Positions 24,036 to 31,611 of a DNA stretch of 58,974 nt are shown here, in pieces. A program made the translations under genes and the position numbers. The notes below the pieces were generated by a model. It made no database searches. It was not told the origin of the DNA and was given only the letters and a program-made list of their open reading frames with translations. Position 1 is the first letter of the stretch, and the number at the start of each line of letters is the position of its first letter. This DNA comes from Minisyncoccia bacterium (GTDB taxonomy: Bacteria > Patescibacteriota > Minisyncoccia > Phycocordibacterales > UBA9973): assembly GCA_038251535.1 (NCBI GenBank), contig JBBSBF010000003.1:1-58974 (forward strand), read 5' to 3'.

Positions 24036-25280
24036 TTAGAGCATTGCTTTCTTCCTTCGTGCGGTATGAAATGTCAGTGCAAAACGATGCGACTCAGCGT
24101 TTGCCAGCAATATCGCGTACTTATGGTTTTCGATTATATCCTTATCCCCTGAGATTGATTTTGCACGGTGACGATCGTCTTTGGTCACGGCGATGATCGG
24201 AATGTTGAGCTCGAGATCTTTCAAGACCTTCGTTGCCGCATTGATCTGGATGATATTGCCATCGACGACTATGGCGTTTGGATATGTCCATTCCTTATGG
24301 GAGAGACGTCGAACGAGCACTTCTCGAAGTGCTCCTGCATCGTTTGACCGATCAAACTCTCGTATGATGAATTTGCGGTAATCGCTTTTGTTGGTTGTAT
24401 CGTTCTCAATGACGGACATCACGCCCACCATTTGTTTCCCCGAAAGGTGTGCTACGTCGTATGCTTCAATACGAAAACTATCTACTCTGTTGTTTGCGAC
24501 CAGGTCACGTTTCAGGAGTGATACGTCTTTGATGTGTTCGAGTGCAAATAACTTTTGTTTCATATCGTTTGCTTCCTCAAACGCTTGCGCCTTTGCGGCA
24601 TCATTCATATCGCTCTTCAACTCATGTACCAAAGCCTTGAATTTACCTTGCAGCATGAGTTTGATCCGTCCAATGTTTTTGCGGTAGAGCTTCTTGTCTT
24701 GGATTGTAATCATCCGCGGAGACAGATCGATCTGTTGATAAAACACTTCTTTGTCGGGCATACTACTTGCTCGATCTCGAAATGGGAATATTCCTCGAAT
24801 AATCCGAAGTGCTTCTTTGAGCGATGCGCTGTGTGGATATGGACCAAATACGACGTCGTACTTGATTGGCTCTTTTTTCCTCAAAATGTGCAAAGTTCGA
24901 CTTTGCACATCTATATCCTTTTGTCTAACGAGTAGCACCCGCGGAAACAAGTCTTTGGTGATGGCGACACAGTTAAAGCTTTTGTCGTCTTTTTCATCAC
25001 GGTTGTAGTACGGCTGATACTGCTTTATGAGGTTTGCTTCGAGGATGAGTGCTTCGAGTACACTATCCGTTTCTTGCCAGGTTACGGTATCTGACTTGAA
25101 TACCATATCGACCAATCGAGCTCCACGAGTCTTGATGAGGTCAGGCGCAAAATAGCTCCTCGTACGATCACGCAAATTCGTTGCCTTGCCGATGTACAAA
25201 ATCTTGCTGTCCTTATCTCGCCAAAAATACACTCCAGGAGTTTGTGGTAATTCCAATTTGTCTAAATCTTGACGAATCAT
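24036..25280 (-). CDS. uvrC: excinuclease ABC subunit C, short form
   Basis: GIY-YIG (GVYFWRDKDSKILYIGKATNLRDR), a UVR helix (AQAFEEANDMKQKLFALEHI) and the RNase H-like endonuclease domain (IEAYDVAHLSG). It ends at about 414 aa with no (HhH)2 region. Start ATG at 25280 is 11 nt after TGGTATACT. Confidence 0.85.
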   Translation of the reverse strand: MIRQDLDKLELPQTPGVYFWRDKDSKILYIGKATNLRDRTRSYFAPDLIKTRGARLVDMVFKSDTVTWQETDSVLEALILEANLIKQYQPYYNRDEKDDKSFNCVAITKDLFPRVLLVRQKDIDVQSRTLHILRKKEPIKYDVVFGPYPHSASLKEALRIIRGIFPFRDRASSMPDKEVFYQQIDLSPRMITIQDKKLYRKNIGRIKLMLQGKFKALVHELKSDMNDAAKAQAFEEANDMKQKLFALEHIKDVSLLKRDLVANNRVDSFRIEAYDVAHLSGKQMVGVMSVIENDTTNKSDYRKFIIREFDRSNDAGALREVLVRRLSHKEWTYPNAIVVDGNIIQINAATKVLKDLELNIPIIAVTKDDRHRAKSISGDKDIIENHKYAILLANAESHRFALTFHTARRKKAML

Positions 25281-25291
25281 AAATATGGTGT

Positions 25292-25300
25292 AGTATACCA
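25292..25300 (-). promoter_or_regulatory. extended -10 TGGTATACT, 11 nt before the uvrC ATG
   Basis: Read on the minus strand upstream of 25280. Confidence 0.5.
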
Positions 25301-25313
25301 GAAAACTTAAAAT

Positions 25314-25688
25314 ATGAAAAATAATATTAAGAGAGATTTTTCTGGAATACTCTACAGACTTCGCGCCAATGGAGTAGGTTTCATAGAATGTTTCTATCAT
25401 ACCAATATAGAAACTGATGAATTATTCTCTGAAAATGGGAACAGTACCGAATTTGACGAAATCTGGGAAATTCACTTCTCAGACGGCGTAAACTATTTGG
25501 GAACACTAGAGGTACATTGGGCTCCAAATCTCAATTTCGCAATTAGTGGTGAAGATTCAAAATGTTTAAATTTTTACCTTATTGAATATAGTAGTGAACA
25601 AACAGATGGAGAAACGATCGAGTTTTTTTTCAGCAAAAAGAAGCTTCTCACAACCAGGGGTAAGTGTATTATTGAAATGCTAAGTTAA
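25314..25688 (+). CDS. hypothetical protein
   Basis: 124-aa AT-rich ORF divergent from uvrC, with a 9-bp-stem terminator at 25700-25733. Confidence 0.45.
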   Translation: MKNNIKRDFSGILYRLRANGVGFIECFYHTNIETDELFSENGNSTEFDEIWEIHFSDGVNYLGTLEVHWAPNLNFAISGEDSKCLNFYLIEYSSEQTDGETIEFFFSKKKLLTTRGKCIIEMLS

Positions 25689-25699
25689 TCTTGTAGGTA

Positions 25700-25733
25700 A
25701 ATCACTCAGAATCTCTTATTGAGTGATTTTTTA
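25700..25733 (+). terminator. intrinsic terminator (gene 25314-25688)
   Basis: 9-bp stem AATCACTCA/TGAGTGATT followed by a T run. Confidence 0.6.
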
Positions 25734-26390
25734 TTTCCTTAACATCTGCACCAATGGATCTTCCTCCTGCTTATACCCTCTCGCCTTGCCTTCTTTGCGG
25801 CCGTATTCTTTGATGGCGTAGCCGGCGCGCTTCCAATCTTTCTTCGGGATGATCTGAAGCAAATCTTGCTCAATCTTGCTCGGATCAGTCGCATTTGTCA
25901 GACCAAACCGCTTCACAAATCTGATCACATGCGTATCAACTGGAATGCCGATGTTGGCGTATTTGGGATATGCGTTGGAGATGACTGCGATCGAACCTTT
26001 GCGTCCGATGCCTGGCAGCTTTTGTAATTCTTCAGGTATGTGCGGTACGACACTATTAAATTCTTTGACCAACACCCCTGCTGCTGCTTTGATATACCGT
26101 GCTTTGACATGATAAAAACCTAAACTACTAATGTGTGTTTCTATTTTGGCGAGCTCTGCCTTTGAAAGCTTTTCAGGGGTCGGAAATGCCTTGAATAAGC
26201 CAGGGGTGACCTTGTTGACTGCAATATCCGTGGTCTGTGCCGAAAGCGTCACCGCGACCGTGAGCTGCCATGGATTGGCGAAATCCAAGAACGTCTCTTC
26301 ACGGCGATATTGCTTCAGTAATATAGGACCGATCATAGTCCATATTTTTTGAGACTTTGTGAATGATTTTTCTATACCTTGACTATTCAT
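25731..26390 (-). CDS. nth: endonuclease III-like HhH-GPD glycosylase (no Fe-S cysteines)
   Basis: HhH-GPD core LQKLPGIGRKGSIAVISNAY and VDTHVIRFVKRFGL (catalytic Lys and Asp present). The protein contains no cysteine at all. Confidence 0.8.
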   Translation of the reverse strand: MNSQGIEKSFTKSQKIWTMIGPILLKQYRREETFLDFANPWQLTVAVTLSAQTTDIAVNKVTPGLFKAFPTPEKLSKAELAKIETHISSLGFYHVKARYIKAAAGVLVKEFNSVVPHIPEELQKLPGIGRKGSIAVISNAYPKYANIGIPVDTHVIRFVKRFGLTNATDPSKIEQDLLQIIPKKDWKRAGYAIKEYGRKEGKARGYKQEEDPLVQMLRK

Positions 26391-26406
26391 GAATCAAATG
26401 TAGTAT
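26379..26406 (+). promoter_or_regulatory. promoter TTGACT-N16-TAGTAT (micro-ORF 26423)
   Basis: The -35 lies inside the nth 5' coding end. The -10 overlaps the divergent nth -10. Confidence 0.45.
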
Positions 26407-26410
26407 AGCA
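26402..26410 (-). promoter_or_regulatory. extended -10 TGCTATACT, 11 nt before the nth ATG
   Basis: Read on the minus strand upstream of 26390. Confidence 0.5.
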
Positions 26411-26422
26411 AAAAAGTCTCGT

Positions 26423-26599
26423 ATGAAAAAACATATCGATCCTGCATTACTCTTGTCATTTTTTATTGCGATACCTACTACGGATGCTCTTTGTAGTGTT
26501 GTAATTGCAACAATCAACTGTTTGACTTACTTTGTTTTACTTATATCAATCACTGGTTTTCTGTATAGCTCTTGTTTTTGTAAGTACCGGATGAAATAA
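26423..26599 (+). CDS. candidate 58-aa hydrophobic micro-protein
   Basis: Not in the ORF track (<60 aa). Sequence MKKHIDPALLLSFFIAIPTTDALCSVVIATINCLTYFVLLISITGFLYSSCFCKYRMK. Flanked by TTGACT-N16-TAGTAT (26379-26406) and a terminator (26616-26643). Confidence 0.4.
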   Translation: MKKHIDPALLLSFFIAIPTTDALCSVVIATINCLTYFVLLISITGFLYSSCFCKYRMK

Positions 26600-26615
26600 A
26601 AAATATATAGATCAA

Positions 26616-26643
26616 ACTAGTGCCTCAAAACACTGGTTTTTTG
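26616..26643 (+). terminator. intrinsic terminator (micro-ORF 26423)
   Basis: Stem ACTAGTG/CACTGGT followed by T6. Confidence 0.55.
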
Positions 26644-26657
26644 TTCTTCACAAGTCC

Positions 26658-26685
26658 TTGACAATATTCTTTAAATATGTAATAT
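26658..26685 (+). promoter_or_regulatory. promoter TTGACA-N16-TAATAT (gene 26712-27737)
   Basis: Consensus hexamers on the plus strand. Confidence 0.65.
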
Positions 26686-26711
26686 CTAGAAAAACTTAAA
26701 AACAAAAAAAT

Positions 26712-27737
26712 ATGAAAAAAGTTATCTTTGTAAATCATATCGATGAAGTCACCTTCTATTTTTTGCAAAAAAGTGTTGGAGAATCAAATATTTTATCAAT
26801 AGAAGGGTCACTTCTCAGTGATCAGGAGTTGGCACAAATAGCCGAACTTTTTCCCAATAAAAAAGAGGACCGTATGTACAACCAAACCGAACGTAAGTTT
26901 GGGGACATATTGCGGGATAAAAGTCTGGAGATTGTTGTCGTTAATACAAAGACAATAAATCCGGCATACCTTGATACAGTATTCAAAAGGTTGGCATACG
27001 AAGTTCATGCACTTGATTGTCAGACGTCCTTTGTTTGTATTCAAGGCGACATATCGCTCAAAAAGCCTACAAAAAACTCGATACCAAAACCTTCGGACGA
27101 AGAGTTAGCTAAGCTGGCAAAAGAAGACGCCGTCAAACCTGTAGAAAAAAAGTATACTTACTTTGTCTCTGCAGATAATGATGATCGTGTCATAGAGTTC
27201 TGCTCTATCTTAGAAAAAGGGGAAGACTTGTTAGTGTCTTTTGCAAATGAAAAAGTGAGCGACACTACTGCACTCCATGCACTCAATGATGCTTCAATAA
27301 AATTATTTACATTTAACGTTAATAATTTTGAACAAGAAGATAAAGTTTATTATGCAAGGAATGCTAATGCCGCAGAAACACAAATTATTAAAATTTTGAT
27401 TTCATCAGATTTATTAGGTAAGGATATTGAGACTAGCGAGACAGAAAACTCGACTAATGATCTATCTTCAAAAGCTAAGGACGGTGACTCAGATCTTCCT
27501 AATGATAATGTAGATAACAACGCTTCATCAAAAGGAATCGCGCCTAGTGCACATAAAACCAAAAAATTTTTAAAGTGGTTAAGAAAATTTTGGTCAAAAT
27601 TTGTACAAAAAGATATAACAACTAAGGAGGCTGAACAGAACGTCAAACAGAAAAAAGTTAGTTTTGCTGCTTCAATAGATTTAAAAAGGAGAAGGAAATT
27701 AAAGACAAGCGACCTTTTTATGCCGGAAGAAGCATAG
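26712..27737 (+). CDS. hypothetical protein (orphan, Lys-rich C-terminus)
   Basis: 341-aa ORF with canonical promoter TTGACA-N16-TAATAT (26658-26685) and terminator (27761-27785). No recognisable domain. C-terminal amphipathic KKFLKWLRKFWSKFV segment. Confidence 0.6.
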   Translation: MKKVIFVNHIDEVTFYFLQKSVGESNILSIEGSLLSDQELAQIAELFPNKKEDRMYNQTERKFGDILRDKSLEIVVVNTKTINPAYLDTVFKRLAYEVHALDCQTSFVCIQGDISLKKPTKNSIPKPSDEELAKLAKEDAVKPVEKKYTYFVSADNDDRVIEFCSILEKGEDLLVSFANEKVSDTTALHALNDASIKLFTFNVNNFEQEDKVYYARNANAAETQIIKILISSDLLGKDIETSETENSTNDLSSKAKDGDSDLPNDNVDNNASSKGIAPSAHKTKKFLKWLRKFWSKFVQKDITTKEAEQNVKQKKVSFAASIDLKRRRKLKTSDLFMPEEA

Positions 27738-27760
27738 AATAAATTATGTTAGTACCAATC

Positions 27761-27785
27761 AAACCGCAATAAGCGGTTTTTTTAT
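27761..27785. terminator. terminator between convergent 26712-27737 and uvrA
   Basis: Stem AAACCGC/GCGGTTT followed by a T run on the plus strand. Confidence 0.65.
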
Positions 27786-27805
27786 TGCAAATTTTCAAGC
27801 AGATT

Positions 27806-30451
27806 TTACAGAATTTTCTTGAGATATTGTCCCGTAAAAGACTTTTTGTTGTTTGCGACATCTTCGGGTGTACCTTTGGCGACGATATTGCCTCCTGCAA
27901 CGCCGCCTTCGGGACCAAAGTCGATGAGATAGTCAGCGCATTTGATCAGGTCAAGGTTGTGTTCGATTACGACTACAGTGTTGCCCTTGGCAACGAGACG
28001 GTTCAACACTCCGATGAGATTTTTCACATCATCGTAGTGCAGTCCAACTGTTGGTTCGTCCAACAGATAAATCGTCTTTTCGAGATACGGACGATAGAGC
28101 TCACTCGCGATTTTGACTCTCTGGGCTTCCCCGCCCGAGAGTGTCGTTGCGCTTTGACCAAGTTTGACATAGGCGAGTCCGACATCTTTGAGTGTCTTGA
28201 GTCGGTCGTATATTGCAGGAATTTCTTCGAAAAATCCGATTGCTTCTTCGACTGAGAGTTGGAGTACATCATAAATACTCTTGCGTTTGTATTTGACGGT
28301 GAGTGTTTCTTTGTCAAAGCGCTTGCCGTTACAGACATCACATGTCACGTATACGGTCGGCAAAAAGTGCATCTCGACTGCGATCTCGCCATTTCCTTCA
28401 CAGGCTTCACAACGACCACCTTTGACGTTAAATGAAAATCGGTTGAGTTTCCACCCACGGAGTCGTGCTTCTTCGGTCGCTGCAAATATCTCACGAATGT
28501 GCGTAAATGCGCCAGTATAGGTTGCGATGTTTGATCTCGGCGTACGACCGATCGGAGATTGGTCGATCATGATGACGCGTGCGAGATGTTCGCTCCCGGT
28601 AAATGATGCGCAGTTGTAGACCTGCGCACTACGTAGTTTCCGTTCAAAACGAGCCTGGAGGTTTTTGTACAATATATCGTAGAGAAACGTACTCTTGCCA
28701 CTCCCCGACACGCCAGTAATCGCCACCATTTTACCGAGTGGAACTTCGATGTTTTGATTGTGAATGTTGTGTAAGTTTGCTCCAACTATCTTGAGCATTC
28801 CCTTGTCAGCATCGCGTCGTTTGTCAGGGATTTCTATTTCTTCTTCTTTGCGCAAGTATGCGAGCGTTCGTGAGCCAGAGTCATTTTTCTTTGCATTCAA
28901 AAGTGTGGCGAGATCCCCCGCTACTACAACATTGCCACCATGAATACCCGCACCCGGTCCGATGTCGACAATATAGTCCGCCGCAAATATCGTATCTTCA
29001 TCGTGCTCGACGACGATGATGGTGTTGCCGATATCGCGCAAGTCTTCGAGCGTCTTGATCAACCGCTCATTATCTCGCTGGTGTAGACCAATGGTTGGCT
29101 CATCGAGCACATAGAGTGCGCCAACGAGACGAGATCCGAGCTGACTCGCGAGTCGTATCCGTTGTGCTTCCCCACCTGAGAGTGTATTGGCAGTACGCGA
29201 GAGCGCGAGATATTCGAGCCCCACATTGAGGAGAAACGTAAGTCGGTCTTCGACTTCTTTGAGAATAGGTTTGCCAATTTCGCGATCTTTGGCAGAGAGC
29301 TTGAGGGAACCAAAGAATTCAAATGCTTCTTCGACTGACATTGATGTAAGCTCGACGACATTGGTTCGACTCTTGGGTGTCTCGAGAAATACGTTCAATG
29401 CTTCGGGTCGCAATCGCTTGCCTTCGCAAACCGGACATGGATCAGTGCCGCCAAAAAACTTGGTACCTATACCATTACACTCCGGACATGCACCATAGGG
29501 CGAATTGAACGAAAACAGTCGTGGCTCTATTTCGGGAAATGAGTAGCCATCGTTGGGACACGAAAACTTTGCTGACAAGAGGAATTCTTGGAGTGGTTCA
29601 GTCTCCATCTCAAAATCCGCCGAGGTACCAATGACGATCTGCACTAGCCCATCTGCCTCCAGTAACGCGCGCTCAACTGCTTCAAAAAGACGGAGCTCAG
29701 CATCGCGTGGATTGTCTTTGAACTCATGCACTGCGAGTTCGTCGACCAATACCTCGATCGTGTGTTTGTCATTTTTCTTTAGTTCGATGCGCTCGCGTAA
29801 TTGTTTGGTCACTCCATCGACTCGGATCGTACTAAATCCTTTGCCGAGTAAATCGTAGAGCAACTGATAGTACTCGCCTTTGCGTCCCCGAACGATCGGC
29901 GCGTAGATTTGAATGCGAGTATCGTTAAACTCGACTCCCATGATTTTTTTATTCTTTGTGTCTCCTTTGTTTTTGGCGACATCTTTGATCTTTGCAAGGA
30001 TAAACGTGTTGATTTCCTCCGGGCTAAGTTTGGTGATGAGTGTGCCACAGATTGGACAGTATGCTTTGCCTATACGCGCATACAGTACTCGCAGATAATC
30101 ATAAATCTCAGTGATCGTCGCGACAGTGGAGCGAGGATTGTTGGAGCGTGACTTTTGGTCGATCGATATTGCGGGCGACAGACCAGTGATCTCGTCAACG
30201 TCAGGCTTTGGCATCTGGTTCAAAAATTGTCGTGCATAACTCGAGAGACTTTCGACATATCGACGTTGTCCTTCGGCAAATATCGTATCAAACGCAAGCG
30301 AGGATTTGCCGCTCCCTGAGAGGCCTGTGATCGCAGTCATTGTTCCGCGTGGGATCTCAACAGAGACATTTTTGAGATTGTGGGTCCGTGCACCACGGAC
30401 GACGATGCACCCCTCATCTTTTTTTGTAGTATGTTCGGATTTTTTAGTCAT
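27806..30451 (-). CDS. uvrA: excinuclease ABC subunit A
   Basis: Two ABC ATPase modules (GLSGSGKSS, GVSGSGKST, LSGGEAQR twice) and zinc-finger cysteines. ATG at 30451 (MTKKSEH...) is preferred. Confidence 0.95.
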   Translation of the reverse strand: MTKKSEHTTKKDEGCIVVRGARTHNLKNVSVEIPRGTMTAITGLSGSGKSSLAFDTIFAEGQRRYVESLSSYARQFLNQMPKPDVDEITGLSPAISIDQKSRSNNPRSTVATITEIYDYLRVLYARIGKAYCPICGTLITKLSPEEINTFILAKIKDVAKNKGDTKNKKIMGVEFNDTRIQIYAPIVRGRKGEYYQLLYDLLGKGFSTIRVDGVTKQLRERIELKKNDKHTIEVLVDELAVHEFKDNPRDAELRLFEAVERALLEADGLVQIVIGTSADFEMETEPLQEFLLSAKFSCPNDGYSFPEIEPRLFSFNSPYGACPECNGIGTKFFGGTDPCPVCEGKRLRPEALNVFLETPKSRTNVVELTSMSVEEAFEFFGSLKLSAKDREIGKPILKEVEDRLTFLLNVGLEYLALSRTANTLSGGEAQRIRLASQLGSRLVGALYVLDEPTIGLHQRDNERLIKTLEDLRDIGNTIIVVEHDEDTIFAADYIVDIGPGAGIHGGNVVVAGDLATLLNAKKNDSGSRTLAYLRKEEEIEIPDKRRDADKGMLKIVGANLHNIHNQNIEVPLGKMVAITGVSGSGKSTFLYDILYKNLQARFERKLRSAQVYNCASFTGSEHLARVIMIDQSPIGRTPRSNIATYTGAFTHIREIFAATEEARLRGWKLNRFSFNVKGGRCEACEGNGEIAVEMHFLPTVYVTCDVCNGKRFDKETLTVKYKRKSIYDVLQLSVEEAIGFFEEIPAIYDRLKTLKDVGLAYVKLGQSATTLSGGEAQRVKIASELYRPYLEKTIYLLDEPTVGLHYDDVKNLIGVLNRLVAKGNTVVVIEHNLDLIKCADYLIDFGPEGGVAGGNIVAKGTPEDVANNKKSFTGQYLKKIL

Positions 30452-30474
30452 TGTTTTTGTTTTTACGCATAAAT

Positions 30475-30498
30475 CCCCTCGCTCGTGGCGTAGAGGGG
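30475..30498. repeat. GC-rich hairpin in the uvrA leader (possible family member)
   Basis: CCCCTC-gctcgtggcgta-GAGGGG. The minus-strand loop TACGCCACGAGC resembles TTCGCCAAAGCTAC. Confidence 0.45.
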
Positions 30499-30515
30499 TA
30501 CTATAGGGCGCACCC

Positions 30516-30521
30516 ATTATA
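30516..30521 (-). promoter_or_regulatory. candidate -10 TATAAT for uvrA (about 58-nt leader)
   Basis: Minus-strand TATAAT. A second candidate, TATAGT, lies at 30500-30505. Confidence 0.4.
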
Positions 30522-30533
30522 GCATGGGTCGCA

Positions 30534-30562
30534 TTGTTTTACACCGCCAGGGACGATATACT
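30534..30562 (+). promoter_or_regulatory. promoter TTGTTT-N17-TATACT, 6 nt before the ATG at 30569
   Basis: Read on the plus strand. Confidence 0.5.
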
Positions 30563-30568
30563 AGAGTG

Positions 30569-31018
30569 ATGGAAATCGTTCGCATAGATCATGCACTCAT
30601 TCACTTTTTTAGGAAGATTTCTATACCCACTGCACGCATCGCACTCTTTGTCGTGTTTTTTTGGTTTGGAATTTTGAAAATCATCGGACTATCCCCTGCT
30701 GGATCCCTCGTCCACAACCTTTTTGATCAAACACTTTCGGGTTTCTTGCCATTCAACGGATTTTATATTTTCTTTTCTTTTCTTGAATGTGCAATAGGTA
30801 TACTCTTCCTCATCCCAGGTGCCGAACGCATCGTCATGCCACTCCTCTTATTTCACATGGGTACAACATTTCTCCCTCTGATTTTCCTTCCACATGAGAC
30901 TTTTAGCGCGCCCTTTGTCCCCACGCTCGAAGGCCAGTACATCATCAAAAATCTCGCTCTTATCGCCACTGGCATCGGTATCGCCACGCACTTGCATCCA
31001 CTATCTCACAAATCCTAA
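30569..31018 (+). CDS. hypothetical membrane protein (4 TM)
   Basis: ATG at 30569 sits exactly 6 nt after TTGTTT-N17-TATACT (30534-30562). Hydrophobic 149-aa product. Confidence 0.55.
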   Translation: MEIVRIDHALIHFFRKISIPTARIALFVVFFWFGILKIIGLSPAGSLVHNLFDQTLSGFLPFNGFYIFFSFLECAIGILFLIPGAERIVMPLLLFHMGTTFLPLIFLPHETFSAPFVPTLEGQYIIKNLALIATGIGIATHLHPLSHKS

Positions 31019-31054
31019 ATTAAGTGTTCACATCCTAAGCAATACATTACGAGT

Positions 31055-31085
31055 AAGCCTGCACATGTGCGGGCTTTGCAATTTG
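31055..31085 (+). terminator. hairpin terminator (gene 30569-31018)
   Basis: 9-bp stem AAGCCTGCA/TGCGGGCTT with loop CATG and a weak T tract. Confidence 0.45.
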
Positions 31086-31139
31086 TTATATCAGTAATAC
31101 TGTTATTTATTCATCCAAGTTATCGTCAACTGGAATACT

Positions 31140-31184
31140 GTCGCAAAGGCGACCCATGCGACCTGCCTGCCGGTAGGCTGGGGT
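31140..31184. repeat. twin GC-rich hairpins 3' of tspO
   Basis: GTCGC-aaag-GCGAC and CCTGCC-tgcc-GGTAGG, with no T tract. Confidence 0.45.
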
Positions 31185-31194
31185 ATGGGATAGT

Positions 31195-31593
31195 TCATCT
31201 GTTTAAATAAGTTATAGTTAATTGTAATACACTAGCGAAACCTACCCAAATTAAGTAGGGAATATTTGCCAGTGCGATCCATTTGAAATATGGATAGATA
31301 GTGATGAGTGCCCACACCAGTGTGATCAATACCAAGATGATATCGATTGCTGCGAGGAGGTTGTTTTTGAGTCCAAATTGGAAGTACGTAAATGCGAAGT
31401 TCAATACGAGGTTGAGGACAAACGGGAGCGCAACTATCGCCGGCAACTCACCTTTGTACACTTTGTAAAACACCGTACCGTACGTAATGGCAATGATCGT
31501 GTAGAGTACTGTCCACACTGGCCCAAAGAGCCAGGATGGTGGCGCCCACGAAGGTTTGAGCAGTGTACTGTACCAGTTGGAGGATTTGTTCAT
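31195..31593 (-). CDS. tspO: TspO/MBR family tryptophan-rich sensory protein
   Basis: WYSTLLKPSWAPPSWLFGPVWTVLYTIIAI signature and 5 TM helices. 132 aa. Confidence 0.8.
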   Translation of the reverse strand: MNKSSNWYSTLLKPSWAPPSWLFGPVWTVLYTIIAITYGTVFYKVYKGELPAIVALPFVLNLVLNFAFTYFQFGLKNNLLAAIDIILVLITLVWALITIYPYFKWIALANIPYLIWVGFASVLQLTITYLNR

Positions 31594-31611
31594 ATATCGA
31601 GTATATACTAC

